Below the pieces are notes generated by a model. It did no database searches, had not been told where the DNA came from, and worked only from the letters and a program-made list of their open reading frames with translations. The translations under genes were made by a program, and so were the position numbers. Source: Spirochaetia bacterium (lineage in GTDB: Bacteria > Spirochaetota > Spirochaetia > CADAEX01). Taken from it: a stretch of 64,000 bases of DNA. Shown piece after piece: positions 32,290 to 42,425 of the stretch (positions are counted from its first letter, which is position 1; the number at the start of each line of letters is the position of its first letter). Where the stretch lies: NCBI GenBank assembly GCA_963662795.1, contig OY759746.1, forward strand, positions 1,792,001 to 1,856,000, in the 5' to 3' direction.

Positions 32290-34179
32290 ATGTCGAAAAG
32301 CAATGCAGTAAAGAGAATTCGAAAGAAAGCCAATCCTCTTAAAAATGCATTACCGCAGGAAGTGTACAATGAAGTAAGCTGTTTAAATATCAAAGCCGTA
32401 TATGAATATGTAAAGAACAGGATCCCCAAAAAAGCAAATCTTGTATTCAGGGATTTACCTGGAGTTTATGCCAAGATCAAAAACCCAGTTGAGGTGCTGA
32501 CTGATGAGAACAACTGGGTTTCAAACAAGGTTACGGTAAAGATATTTCAAAACGCTAAAGAGATACTCGGGGATGAAAATGCCCCTTACTCTATTGGACT
32601 GGAATCGATTACACGCAAACATTTCGGCTATATACAAAAAATATTTTTACATGCGTTCGGGGGGCCTTTAGGTATACTAAAGAGGATTAACCATATAAAC
32701 AGCCAGTTTAATACAAACAAGGTTGTGGAGACGGTTTACACTTCTACACGGCATGCTGTTGTAAGGCTCCACTGGAAGGAAAACAGGGGAATAACAAGCG
32801 ATATCTGCGCTTTTAACCGGGGGATATATTCTGCTATTCCTACCCTCTGGAAGCTCCCTCCCGCAGAGGTTGAAGAGCCTTACTGTTTTTTTAAGGGAGA
32901 CCCCTACTGCCAGTTCAATATCCACTTTCAGCACGGAACACATAATATATACAGCCTGTTCAATCACTTCCAGACACGTAAAAGCCAGCTGCTTTCAGCG
33001 CTTGAACAGATTGAAAGCGACAAGCTGGTACTGAAGAAAAAATATGATGAGGTAAACCGTCTCAATGATGAGCTGGCTGATGAGGTTGACAAGCTTAAAG
33101 CCATAAACGTTGCGTCAAATATGCTTGTTTCCCAGGACAATACCGAGGAGATCCTGAAAGCGACAATGAAATCCATGAGCGAGGTTCTTAAATACGACAG
33201 GGCAATTATTATGCTTACTGATAAATCTGAAAAGTTTCTTGATTTTAAATACGCATTCGGAGAAGATCCGCTTTTTATCAAAAAATATCTGCAAAATTAT
33301 AAAATACCAATGGACAGGGAAAATAATATAATTGCCAGGGCAGCCAGACTGGGCCGTCCAATACATATTGCTGATCCGGGCAAGGCAGGCCTCCGCAGGG
33401 GCAATCTTATCCTGAGTAATTTTAATGTTTCCTCTTTTATTATTGCACCTCTTGTCGTGAATGATAAGGTAATAGGGGTAGTTGCCGCGGACCGGATCAG
33501 GGGCGACCAGAAAGTTACATCAAGAGACCTTGATGAACTTTCCATTTTTACCAACAACATTGCAGAGACTCTTCACAAGGCGCAGCTTAAGGAAGAGATT
33601 GAGAGCAGCTATCTGAATACTGTCAAAGCGCTTGTACAGGCAATTGAGGAGAAGGATGCCTATACCAGAGGCCACTCTGAACGGGTCGCCCTGATTTCAG
33701 TTCAGATCGGGGAAAAAATCGGACTTGAGGAAAAAGAGATTGAATACCTGCGTCACGGGTGTCTCCTTCACGATGTCGGTAAAATAGGGATTTCCGAAAG
33801 TATAGTCTGCAAAAATGCCGAACTCACTGATGAGGAGTATGATATTATAAAGCAGCATCCCATAAAGGGAGAAGAGATTGTAAGGCCAATCAGCTTTCTC
33901 CAGAATCACCTCTACCTTATCAGGAACCATCATGAATGGTACGATGGTTCGGGATATCCGGACGGTCTTTACGCTGAGGAAATCCCAATCGGGGCCCAGA
34001 TTGTAGGAGTCGCGGATGCCTATGATGCCATTACATCAACACGACCGTACAGAAGGGGCCTGCCTCCCGGAGAGGCCCTTGCCCGTATAAACAACTATAG
34101 CGGGATCCAGTTTTCTCCGCTTGTGGTAAATGCCTTCAGGGAAATATTCCCTTTCATAAAAGAAAACCTGATTAATTGA
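32290..34179 (+). CDS. HD-GYP phosphodiesterase with V4R-like N-terminal sensor and GAF domain
   Basis: C..N.G...VEEPYC...GDPYC (V4R-like), GAF (APLVVNDKVIGV), TRGHSERV, HDVGK, HHEWYDGSGYP. Confidence 0.88.
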   Translation: MSKSNAVKRIRKKANPLKNALPQEVYNEVSCLNIKAVYEYVKNRIPKKANLVFRDLPGVYAKIKNPVEVLTDENNWVSNKVTVKIFQNAKEILGDENAPYSIGLESITRKHFGYIQKIFLHAFGGPLGILKRINHINSQFNTNKVVETVYTSTRHAVVRLHWKENRGITSDICAFNRGIYSAIPTLWKLPPAEVEEPYCFFKGDPYCQFNIHFQHGTHNIYSLFNHFQTRKSQLLSALEQIESDKLVLKKKYDEVNRLNDELADEVDKLKAINVASNMLVSQDNTEEILKATMKSMSEVLKYDRAIIMLTDKSEKFLDFKYAFGEDPLFIKKYLQNYKIPMDRENNIIARAARLGRPIHIADPGKAGLRRGNLILSNFNVSSFIIAPLVVNDKVIGVVAADRIRGDQKVTSRDLDELSIFTNNIAETLHKAQLKEEIESSYLNTVKALVQAIEEKDAYTRGHSERVALISVQIGEKIGLEEKEIEYLRHGCLLHDVGKIGISESIVCKNAELTDEEYDIIKQHPIKGEEIVRPISFLQNHLYLIRNHHEWYDGSGYPDGLYAEEIPIGAQIVGVADAYDAITSTRPYRRGLPPGEALARINNYSGIQFSPLVVNAFREIFPFIKENLIN

Positions 34180-34327
34180 TCAGCAAAGCCGTTTTATCCC
34201 GAATATTACAAAAAAGCTTGAAATATCAGACACTCCGTCAGACAATGTTAAAATACCCCATTTAAGGCGGAATTATTAAAATAATGCCATCCGGAATGGG
34301 TAAATATTTTATTCTGTGAGGTGTGAT

Positions 34328-35215
34328 ATGAAGGTAAATCTGTCAAATTTTTTTCAGGCAAAGTTTAATGTAATGCTTTTTAAGGTTCTTCCCTACTGCT
34401 GCAGTTATTCCTACATGCAATTAATCGGCCGTCTTTACTATCTTATTTTTCGCAGGGAAAAGCACATAATTGAAAAGAACGTACAGGACCTGCTTAAGGA
34501 TAAACCTGCCTCCTATGTCAGGCAGAAAACAAAACTGGCTTTCAGGGGTATTTTTGACCACTACTTCGAGAAAATGTATTCTGCCTTTAAAAGCATGGAT
34601 GATATCAGCAGCCTTGTGGAGAAACGGTTCAGTATTGAAAATGAACAGATTCTTAAAGACGCATTTGCCATGGAGAAGGGCGTAATCCTTGTTACCGCGC
34701 ATTGGGGAGCGGTTGAGTTTATCCCCTGGGTGATGGCTTTAAGGGGTTATCCGATAAGCGTAATTCTTGAATGCCGGACAGAGCATCTTGCTAGGTCACT
34801 GCAGAAAAAGACCGAACATCTTGACGCGGACCTTATCACCTCATCTTCCTGCGAATCTGTTTACGCGACAGCGCTTGAAAGCCTTCAGAAAAACCGGCTT
34901 CTGATGACGGAATGCGATGAAGTTGATAAATGGCGGATAAAAAGCAACCGCACAATGGAACTTTTCGGACATAAGCTCTATTTTGACAATACTCTCGATG
35001 TCATGGCCCAGCGCTCAGGCGCTCCTGTTGTGGGTGTGTTCCTTAAACGGACAGGGAAAGGCAAATTTACCCTTATCTGTGAAATGATAAGCAGCGGACA
35101 GAGGGGAGAAAATACTGCGGCAAGATCATTTGAGCTGCTTCAGAAATATGTTTACCAGGCCCCGGAACAGTGGTACCAGTGGAAAAAATGGCAGGCAATG
35201 AAAGCTGTATCGTAA
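34328..35215 (+). CDS. LpxL/lysophospholipid acyltransferase family protein
   Basis: GVILVTAHWGAVE, PEQWYQW motifs. Confidence 0.82.
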   Translation: MKVNLSNFFQAKFNVMLFKVLPYCCSYSYMQLIGRLYYLIFRREKHIIEKNVQDLLKDKPASYVRQKTKLAFRGIFDHYFEKMYSAFKSMDDISSLVEKRFSIENEQILKDAFAMEKGVILVTAHWGAVEFIPWVMALRGYPISVILECRTEHLARSLQKKTEHLDADLITSSSCESVYATALESLQKNRLLMTECDEVDKWRIKSNRTMELFGHKLYFDNTLDVMAQRSGAPVVGVFLKRTGKGKFTLICEMISSGQRGENTAARSFELLQKYVYQAPEQWYQWKKWQAMKAVS

Positions 35216-35646
35216 GTTGTAAACCGGCGCAGTCCGGCTGACCTCCAGGATGATGAGGGAAAAAACAGGAGCATAAAAACGGCAAAAACAGAAGTGTAAC
35301 AGAAAAAGTTTATTACTCAAAACATCGGACCGGAAAAAAGGTCAGCGGCGGATTTTTATATAATCAGGGCTCCCTTCCGTTCAGCTTTATCTCTTTTTTG
35401 CAATCGGGATTTTTACGGGAAAGAAGCGGCCGCCTGGCTGAATTGGCTGTTTTTCGCATATTATTGAGTGTTTTATTTCATTTTAATAAAAAAATATGGA
35501 AAATATTGAATTAAACTGCTAAAAATATTCCTCTTTATTGAATTTAATGCTATTTATCACCAATTTATTGACTTATTTTTCAGGCATGCTATATAATGTA
35601 AATGACTGCATTGTTAATTTTAAACAATTTTTACAGGAGCAAGTTC

Positions 35647-35874
35647 TTGTTAAAAGGTAAACCTTTAATTAACCAGGAACGGTGCAAAGGGTGCCGCCTG
35701 TGTATCGGAGTATGTCCGAAGAATATTCTTGAAATGTCGGAAGAGACGAACAGACTTGGTGTTCATTTCCCTGTCTGTACTGATGAAAATGAATGCATCG
35801 CCTGCGCGTTCTGCGCGACAATGTGTCCGGACATAGCAATAGAGATAATCAAATTCACACCGGAGAGAGAATAA
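35647..35874 (+). CDS. 2x[4Fe-4S] ferredoxin (2-oxoacid oxidoreductase delta subunit)
   Basis: CKGCRLCIGVCP and CIACAFCATMCP; TTG start after AGGAG. Confidence 0.9.
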   Translation: MLKGKPLINQERCKGCRLCIGVCPKNILEMSEETNRLGVHFPVCTDENECIACAFCATMCPDIAIEIIKFTPERE

Positions 35875-35876
35875 TA

Positions 35877-36926
35877 ATGAATAAAAGAGTTCTCATGAAG
35901 GGTAATGAAGCTGTAGGTGAAGCTGCGGTTCTTGCCGGATGCAGATATTATTTTGCCTATCCAATTACACCGCAGAATGAAATACCTGCATACATGTCAA
36001 AAAGGCTGCCCGAAGTGGGCGGTACATTTCTCCAGGCTGAAAGCGAAATTGCGGCTATAAGCATGGTGATGGGAGCTTCCGCGGCAGGCGCGAGGGCAAT
36101 GACTTCATCCTCATCCCCCGGGATTGCCTTAAAGCAGGAAGGGATATCATACCTCTCGGGAGCGCAGCTTCCGGCAGTTGTGGTAAACATGATGAGGGGA
36201 GGCCCGGGGCTCGGCAACATAGCCGGGGCGCAGGGCGATTACTATCAGGCGACCCGCGGCGGCGGAAACGGCGATTACAGGACGATAGTCCTTGCTCCGG
36301 GTAACGTTCAGGAGCTGGCCGATTATACAATCAGGGCATTTGAGCTTGCCGATAAATACAGGGTCGTAACCCTTATCCTCGGCGACGGATATCTGGGGCA
36401 GATGTCGGAACCGCTTGTCCTGCCTGAAGAGGTTAAGAAGGTCCCTGTGAAGCCATGGGCCCTCACAGGCGCCAAAGACCGCGATCCCCATACAATAGCC
36501 TCATTAAGACTATACCCCGACAACTACCTTGAAAAACACAATATTGAGCTTGAGAGGATCTATACTGAAATAAAAAAGAATGAAGTGCTTTTTGAATCGT
36601 TTATGACAGATGACGCCGATTTTGTTCTTGCCGCGTACGGAACATCCTCAAGGGTATGCAAAAAAGCCGTAAGAATACTGAGGAAAAGCGGGATAAAAGC
36701 CGGTCTTTTCCGGCCGATAACGCTCTGGCCTTTCCCTTCGGAAGAACTGGCTGCCCTCGGAAAAAGAGTAAAAAAAATACTTACCGTCGAAATGAGCATG
36801 GGGCAGATGGTGGACGATGTCAACTTGAGCGCGGGCCGCTTTACCGATGTTGATTTTTACGGCCGGGCAGGGGGCATGATTCCCGAAGCGGAAAAAATTG
36901 TTGAAAGGATAAAAAGCTATGTCTGA
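35877..36926 (+). CDS. vorB: 2-oxoacid:ferredoxin oxidoreductase alpha-type subunit (VorB-like)
   Basis: MKGNEA, YPITPQ, QAESEIAA, SSSSPG, RGGPGLG. Confidence 0.85.
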   Translation: MNKRVLMKGNEAVGEAAVLAGCRYYFAYPITPQNEIPAYMSKRLPEVGGTFLQAESEIAAISMVMGASAAGARAMTSSSSPGIALKQEGISYLSGAQLPAVVVNMMRGGPGLGNIAGAQGDYYQATRGGGNGDYRTIVLAPGNVQELADYTIRAFELADKYRVVTLILGDGYLGQMSEPLVLPEEVKKVPVKPWALTGAKDRDPHTIASLRLYPDNYLEKHNIELERIYTEIKKNEVLFESFMTDDADFVLAAYGTSSRVCKKAVRILRKSGIKAGLFRPITLWPFPSEELAALGKRVKKILTVEMSMGQMVDDVNLSAGRFTDVDFYGRAGGMIPEAEKIVERIKSYV

Positions 36927-37674
36927 AAAAATATATGAATATCCCAAATCCATTAACGATGTGCCGACTCATTACTGCGCGGGATGCGGGCATGGTATTA
37001 TTCACAAGCTTCTTGCCCAGTGCCTTGATGAGCTTGATATCGCAGGCGAAACACTGCTTGTCGCGCCGGTAGGCTGCTCTGTTCTTGCGTACAATTACCT
37101 GAAGGTCGACGGTCTTGAGGCTGCCCATGGCAGGGCTCCCGCCGTCGCGACCGGGCTTAAAAGGGTGCACAGTGACAAGATGGTAATTTCATACCAGGGC
37201 GACGGCGACCTTCTTGCTATCGGGACTGCCGAGACAATCCATGCCGCAAACCGCGGAGAGAAGATAACAATCATTTTTGTGAACAACGCGATATACGGGA
37301 TGACAGGAGGGCAGATGGCCCCTACCTCACTTGAAAATCAGGTAACAATGACAAGCCCGCACGGCCGTAATGTTAATGAGGTCGGGTACCCGATCAGGGC
37401 GTGCGAACTTATCAATACACTTGAAAAACCCTATTATATTGAAAGATGCAGCGTTCACGATGTGAAGAGCATAAATAAAACAAAAAAAGCGATAAAAAAA
37501 GCTCTCACCTGTCAGAAGGAGGGGCTTGGCTATTCATTTGTTGAAATACTTTCAACATGCCCGACAAACTGGGGAATGGAGCCTGTAAAGGCTGTTGAAT
37601 GGCTTAAAAATTCGATGATACCGTACTATCCGCTTAAGGTATTCAGGGATAAAGGGGTAAAGACAGATGCATAA
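36919..37674 (+). CDS. 2-oxoacid:ferredoxin oxidoreductase beta (TPP-binding) subunit
   Basis: YCAGCGHG, HGRA, YQGDGD, NNAIYGMTGGQ. Confidence 0.9.
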   Translation: MSEKIYEYPKSINDVPTHYCAGCGHGIIHKLLAQCLDELDIAGETLLVAPVGCSVLAYNYLKVDGLEAAHGRAPAVATGLKRVHSDKMVISYQGDGDLLAIGTAETIHAANRGEKITIIFVNNAIYGMTGGQMAPTSLENQVTMTSPHGRNVNEVGYPIRACELINTLEKPYYIERCSVHDVKSINKTKKAIKKALTCQKEGLGYSFVEILSTCPTNWGMEPVKAVEWLKNSMIPYYPLKVFRDKGVKTDA

Positions 37675-38200
37675 CGAAATTATCTTTGCCGGATTCGGCG
37701 GGCAGGGTGTAATCCTTGCCGGAAAAATACTGAGCATTGCGGCAATGATGGAGGGAAAATATGTTTCGCACATCCCCTCATACGGCGCTGAAATGAGGGG
37801 CGGAACAGCAAACTGCAGCGTTGTAATATCCGACGATGAGGTGGCATCTCCTGTTATTGAGCATCCGGACATATGCGTAGTCTTAAACGCTCCGTCCCTT
37901 GCGAAATTCGAGCCGAGAATGAAAAAAGGGGGGCTGATGATATACAACAGCTCACTTATTAATCTCAAGGCATCAAGAAATGATATTGAATACCTCTCTG
38001 TTGATGCAAACGGTCTTGCGGAAAAGCACGGCTCTGCCCGCGGTGTAAACATGGCGGCGCTCGGAGTGCTTATTAAAAAAATGCCTCAGCTTGCTTCCCT
38101 GAAATCCCTGGAAGAAGCTCTTGATCATGCTGTATCGGCGCGAAACAGGAAACACAATGCAGTCAATGTCGAAATTATAAAGGAAGCATATGATATATGA
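37667..38200 (+). CDS. 2-oxoacid:ferredoxin oxidoreductase gamma subunit
   Basis: AGFGGQG, PSYGAEMRGGTANC. Confidence 0.92.
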   Translation: MHNEIIFAGFGGQGVILAGKILSIAAMMEGKYVSHIPSYGAEMRGGTANCSVVISDDEVASPVIEHPDICVVLNAPSLAKFEPRMKKGGLMIYNSSLINLKASRNDIEYLSVDANGLAEKHGSARGVNMAALGVLIKKMPQLASLKSLEEALDHAVSARNRKHNAVNVEIIKEAYDI

Positions 38201-38285
38201 TTCCGGCCTTACGCCTTTATTGAAATTGCTATAGTCCCTCAGGGTACTGGCGTATATAAAAAACATATTGTTAAGTAGATATTGA

Positions 38286-39293
38286 TCAGTGTAAAAAGTA
38301 TTTTAACCAGCGATCTGATTTAAGAACTTCCGGATTTGCAATGTTGTCAGGAAGCTTTTTGCTGTAAACAGTCTTAATCCTTTCAGCGCTGGATGTTGCC
38401 ATTCTTATTACGCATTCTGAAGTAAGGGCTGCGGTGTGGGGGGTGAGTATTACATTCCAAAGACTCAGGAGTCTGTTGTCTTTCTCAGGCGGTTCACTTT
38501 CAAAAACATCAAGACCTGCACCTCTGATGATTCCGTTTTCAAGAGCTTTAATAAGGTCTTTTTCGTTTATTGTTCCTCCGCGGGAAGTATTTATGATAAA
38601 TGATGATTTTTTCATAAGCTTGAGCTTTTCATAATCTATAAGGTTTTTGGTTTCAGCTGTCAGAGGAATGTGTACCGATACAAAATCCGATTCAGAAAGA
38701 ATAAAATCAAGTGTCCTGAAGTCAACCCATTCAGAGTATTTTTCCTTTATGTTCCGGGGAAGATAGTCATCATGGGCAACTATCCTCATGTCAAAGGCTG
38801 ATTTGCACATCCTTGCAAGTTCAGCGCCTATCCTGCCGAATCCGACAACACCGAGTGTTTTTCCCCTGATGTCTGACGGGAGGTTTTTATAACGTATTTT
38901 GAAGTTGTTTTTTCTTACCTCGCTGTCAAGAAGGGAAAACTGTTTTGAAAGGGCAAGGATGAAAGCAAGCCCGTGCTCTGCAACAGAAGTCATGTTCACC
39001 CCAAGGCTTGATGTTACAAGAACACCCTTTTCTGTACATGCTGCAAGGTCAACATTGTCAACCCCGCCTCCTGTCCTGCTTATTGTATAAAGCTCTTCGC
39101 AGTCTTCAAGAAGTTCTTTTGTTATTTTAATCCCTGTCCTTAGTGAAATAGCATTTGCATTCTTCATGAGGGGCTTTACAGCATCAAAGGTGCATTCAGG
39201 TGAAACAGTTATTTTAAAATTACTTTCTTTGAGAACCTCAACAGCTTCATCTTCAATCATTTGCGGAAGCAGTACGTTCCATTTATTTTCCAT
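38286..39293 (-). CDS. D-isomer-specific 2-hydroxyacid dehydrogenase
   Basis: GVVGFGRIG, INTSRG, LDVFESEP, TPHTAA. Confidence 0.92.
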   Translation of the reverse strand: MENKWNVLLPQMIEDEAVEVLKESNFKITVSPECTFDAVKPLMKNANAISLRTGIKITKELLEDCEELYTISRTGGGVDNVDLAACTEKGVLVTSSLGVNMTSVAEHGLAFILALSKQFSLLDSEVRKNNFKIRYKNLPSDIRGKTLGVVGFGRIGAELARMCKSAFDMRIVAHDDYLPRNIKEKYSEWVDFRTLDFILSESDFVSVHIPLTAETKNLIDYEKLKLMKKSSFIINTSRGGTINEKDLIKALENGIIRGAGLDVFESEPPEKDNRLLSLWNVILTPHTAALTSECVIRMATSSAERIKTVYSKKLPDNIANPEVLKSDRWLKYFLH

Positions 39294-39315
39294 AAAAATT
39301 TCCTCTTAATTTTGT

Positions 39316-40242
39316 TCAGGAGATAAAACCGCTTTCCTTAAGGTCTTTTTCAAGATTCATTTTCTGTTCAAGTGTCAGATATTTTAAAGGTCTTCTGGGA
39401 TTTCCACCTGAAAAACCTGCAAGGTCCATTGCGTACTTTACCCCTGCAACACCGTATGAACCTGATACCTTCTTGTTGAGTGAGACAAGATCGTCCCTGA
39501 GTTTCACTGCTTTTTCCTTTTCACCTGTTGCATAAAGTGTGTAAAGGTCAGCACATGCGTCAGGAAAAACATTTGCAAGAGAGAGAACGCCTCCTGTCCC
39601 TCCTGCTTCAAGAAGATCAAAAAAGTATCCTGCAGACCCTGCCAGAACAGAAAAGGCACTGTTGTCAGCTTTTACAATTTCCGGCCACGTGTCTTTTGAG
39701 CTGTCTTTGATCCCTGCAACCATCGGATGCTCCTTTACCCTTTCTATGACATCGTTTTTGATTGTAACCCCTGCAGCAACGGAAGGATTATTGTAAAGGA
39801 CAACAGGGATCTCTGAATTGTCTGCAACTTCAAGGATGTGCTGAACCATTATATCGGAATCCATTTTTTTTGCAAAAAAGTTCGGCATTAAAAGACTGGC
39901 CATGGCAGCGCCCATATCAGCCGCTCTTTTTGTCATCTGAATGCTCTCATAAGTACTTTCGCATCCTGTTCCTGCCATGACAACCTTATCCTTTGAAGAA
40001 TATTTGAGAACAGTTTCAAGTACTTTGAATTTCTCGCTTTCTGTCAGTGATTTGAATTCGCCATTTGTGCCGAGAACAAAATATCCTTTAAGGCCCGACT
40101 GGTTCATTTTCTCAATATTCTTTCTAAGCCCATCATAATCAGGTTTATCATCGGTGAATGGGGTACACATAGGTGAAAAAACACCTGATAATAATTTTTT
40201 TGGATTATCCAATATTTTCTCCTTTTTATATTTGTCAGACAA
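39316..40242 (-). CDS. DHDPS/NAL-family aldolase (KDG/HOGA-like)
   Basis: TPF, GTNGE, LYNNP, GIKDSS. Confidence 0.88.
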   Translation of the reverse strand: MSDKYKKEKILDNPKKLLSGVFSPMCTPFTDDKPDYDGLRKNIEKMNQSGLKGYFVLGTNGEFKSLTESEKFKVLETVLKYSSKDKVVMAGTGCESTYESIQMTKRAADMGAAMASLLMPNFFAKKMDSDIMVQHILEVADNSEIPVVLYNNPSVAAGVTIKNDVIERVKEHPMVAGIKDSSKDTWPEIVKADNSAFSVLAGSAGYFFDLLEAGGTGGVLSLANVFPDACADLYTLYATGEKEKAVKLRDDLVSLNKKVSGSYGVAGVKYAMDLAGFSGGNPRRPLKYLTLEQKMNLEKDLKESGFIS

Positions 40243-40245
40243 TAT

Positions 40246-40947
40246 TTACAGCCCCAATGCGTTCAGATCTTCTTCTGCGTTTCTCAAGTGCTGACGCATC
40301 TCCTTTTCTGCAAGGTCAGGGTCATGTTTTTTCAGTGCAAGAAAAATTCTTCTGTGAGCATCACTGGCCCTTTTTATACCACCGGATTTTAATGTTGCTT
40401 CTCTGGATTCGCTTATAAGCTCTGTAACGGATGAGAGCATTATTTCAAAAACAAAACTATCTATTGATTTAAGGATTTTGTTGTGAAACTCAGTATCCTT
40501 TTTAACATAATAATCAAGAGGACGGTTTTCAATTTCCATTAAACTGATAATTTCTTCTATTTCATAAAGCTGCTCTTCAGTTATTTTTCCAGCAGCAATC
40601 CTCGCTATTTTGCATTCAAGCGCCTCGCGTGCGCTTATAAGGTCGAATAGTGACTTCTTGCTGTTTCTTTTAAGTGTAAGACTTATCATGTTTACAGCAT
40701 GCGATGCTGAAGGATAGGCAACAGTAGGTTTTTTACCCTGATTTATTTCAATAAGCCCCTGTGTTTGTGCCACACGTAAAGCTTCCCTCAGGCTGAATCT
40801 GCTTACACCCAGTTTTTCTGAAAATTCTTTTTCCGAAGGCAATTCATCTCCTGATTTTAACTCACCCTCAAAGATGTACTCGTGTATTACAGAAAGAATT
40901 TGCTCTATTTTGTCGTTACTGTTTATTTTTTTTATTGACTTAGCCAT
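40246..40947 (-). CDS. FadR/GntR-family transcriptional regulator
   Basis: LPSEKE...GVSRFSLREAL wHTH; FCD domain D.EFH...H. Confidence 0.92.
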   Translation of the reverse strand: MAKSIKKINSNDKIEQILSVIHEYIFEGELKSGDELPSEKEFSEKLGVSRFSLREALRVAQTQGLIEINQGKKPTVAYPSASHAVNMISLTLKRNSKKSLFDLISAREALECKIARIAAGKITEEQLYEIEEIISLMEIENRPLDYYVKKDTEFHNKILKSIDSFVFEIMLSSVTELISESREATLKSGGIKRASDAHRRIFLALKKHDPDLAEKEMRQHLRNAEEDLNALGL

Positions 40948-40984
40948 AAACCCATGATACCCTTTTTTCTACATGGTGTCAATA

Positions 40985-41040
40985 TATGTTTTTAACATAT
41001 TATAATATGTAGATATGTTAAAAATAATGTAGATATCAAA
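40985..41040. promoter_or_regulatory. Putative GntR operator in divergent promoter
   Basis: Inverted repeat TTTTAACATAT...ATATGTTAAAA and repeated ATGTAGATAT between gntR and the FGGY operon. Confidence 0.45.
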
Positions 41041-41065
41041 TATGTTGTAGGAATATTAACTTAAA

Positions 41066-42424
41066 ATGAGCAGAAAAAAAATACTGGCAGTAGACATAGG
41101 TACCCAGTCGTTAAAGGCATCAGTAATAGACGACAATCTTATTACTATGGAAAGAAGTAAAATAGCGTACAATCCGGTTACACACTCGGGCAACTGTGTT
41201 GAAATAGATATTCATATTCTCTGGAAAGCTTTTTTGGGCGCATGTGAAAATCTCAAAAACAGGGATATCGAAGGGATTACCTTCTCAACTCTCTGCCCTT
41301 CACTTTTACTGATGGATGAAAACGGATATCCGCTTTCTCCTGTTCTTCTGCATCTTGACAGGAGAAGTCAGAAGCAGTCTGACTGGATCATTGAAAATAT
41401 AGGGCTTGTAAAATTCCGTTCAATAACCGGGAATCCTCCAATATCAGGCGGGATATCTGTTACCAGTATGCTCTGGATAAAAGAAAATTGTAATGAAGGA
41501 CTTCCTGAAAAATCTGTATTCGGTCATGTAATAACCTATTTTATGAAAAAGCTTACAGGAAAATTTCTGATTGACCCCTCCAATGCATCTTTTACAGGTC
41601 TTTATGAAACACTTGAATATTCGAACTGGAGCAGTGAGCTCCTTGAAAAGACCGGTATAGACCGCAAGCACTTGCCTGATCTTCTGGATTCTGCTTCTGT
41701 TGCAGGATTCCTTGATCAGGAAATGGCAAAAAAGACCGGTTTTAAAATTGGGACTCCTGTAGTTATTGGTGCCAATGATACAACCTGTGCAGTTGCAGGT
41801 GCCGGAGTGGATGAGGCAGGTATGCTTTTAAATACGACAGGTACGGTTGAAATACTTGCCATGTGCTCTGATAAACCAGTTACAGGTGAAAATCATCTTA
41901 TAAGGACTCATGCCTACAGAGACAGGTGGCTTCTTATGAGGACTCTCGGCGCAGGTGGAGCTTCCATGGAATGGTTCAGGAAGAATTTCTGCAGGGATTT
42001 AAGCAGGGAATATTTTTATAATGAATACCTTCCTTCAGTTCTTGAAAAGAACAATTGCAGTGGACTTGTATTTGAACCATATCTTACCGGAGACAGACAC
42101 AGGCTGGAGAAATTAACTGCATCTTTTAAAAACATAACCCTCGATTCAACACGGGAGGATTTTTTCCATGCACTTGTTTTAGGCAATGTCAGTTATATCA
42201 TGGGGATACTGGATGAATGGAAAAATATCTGTGAACTTGACGAAACAATATTTCATGTCGGCGGCGGTGCGGGAAACGCATATACAGAATACAAACAAAG
42301 GATAATGAAGGATTTTAAGTTTGTGAATATCGGAGAGACTGCGGAGAAAGGGGCCGCAGTGATTGGTTTTAAAGCTCTTGGAATTGAAACTGAGAAAATG
42401 AAAAAGATTAGAATAGGAGTTTAA
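41066..42424 (+). CDS. FGGY-family carbohydrate kinase
   Basis: AVDIGTQSLKA, D.R, DPSNASFTGL, GAND, GTVE, PYLTGDR. Confidence 0.88.
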   Translation: MSRKKILAVDIGTQSLKASVIDDNLITMERSKIAYNPVTHSGNCVEIDIHILWKAFLGACENLKNRDIEGITFSTLCPSLLLMDENGYPLSPVLLHLDRRSQKQSDWIIENIGLVKFRSITGNPPISGGISVTSMLWIKENCNEGLPEKSVFGHVITYFMKKLTGKFLIDPSNASFTGLYETLEYSNWSSELLEKTGIDRKHLPDLLDSASVAGFLDQEMAKKTGFKIGTPVVIGANDTTCAVAGAGVDEAGMLLNTTGTVEILAMCSDKPVTGENHLIRTHAYRDRWLLMRTLGAGGASMEWFRKNFCRDLSREYFYNEYLPSVLEKNNCSGLVFEPYLTGDRHRLEKLTASFKNITLDSTREDFFHALVLGNVSYIMGILDEWKNICELDETIFHVGGGAGNAYTEYKQRIMKDFKFVNIGETAEKGAAVIGFKALGIETEKMKKIRIGV

Positions 42425-42425
42425 T

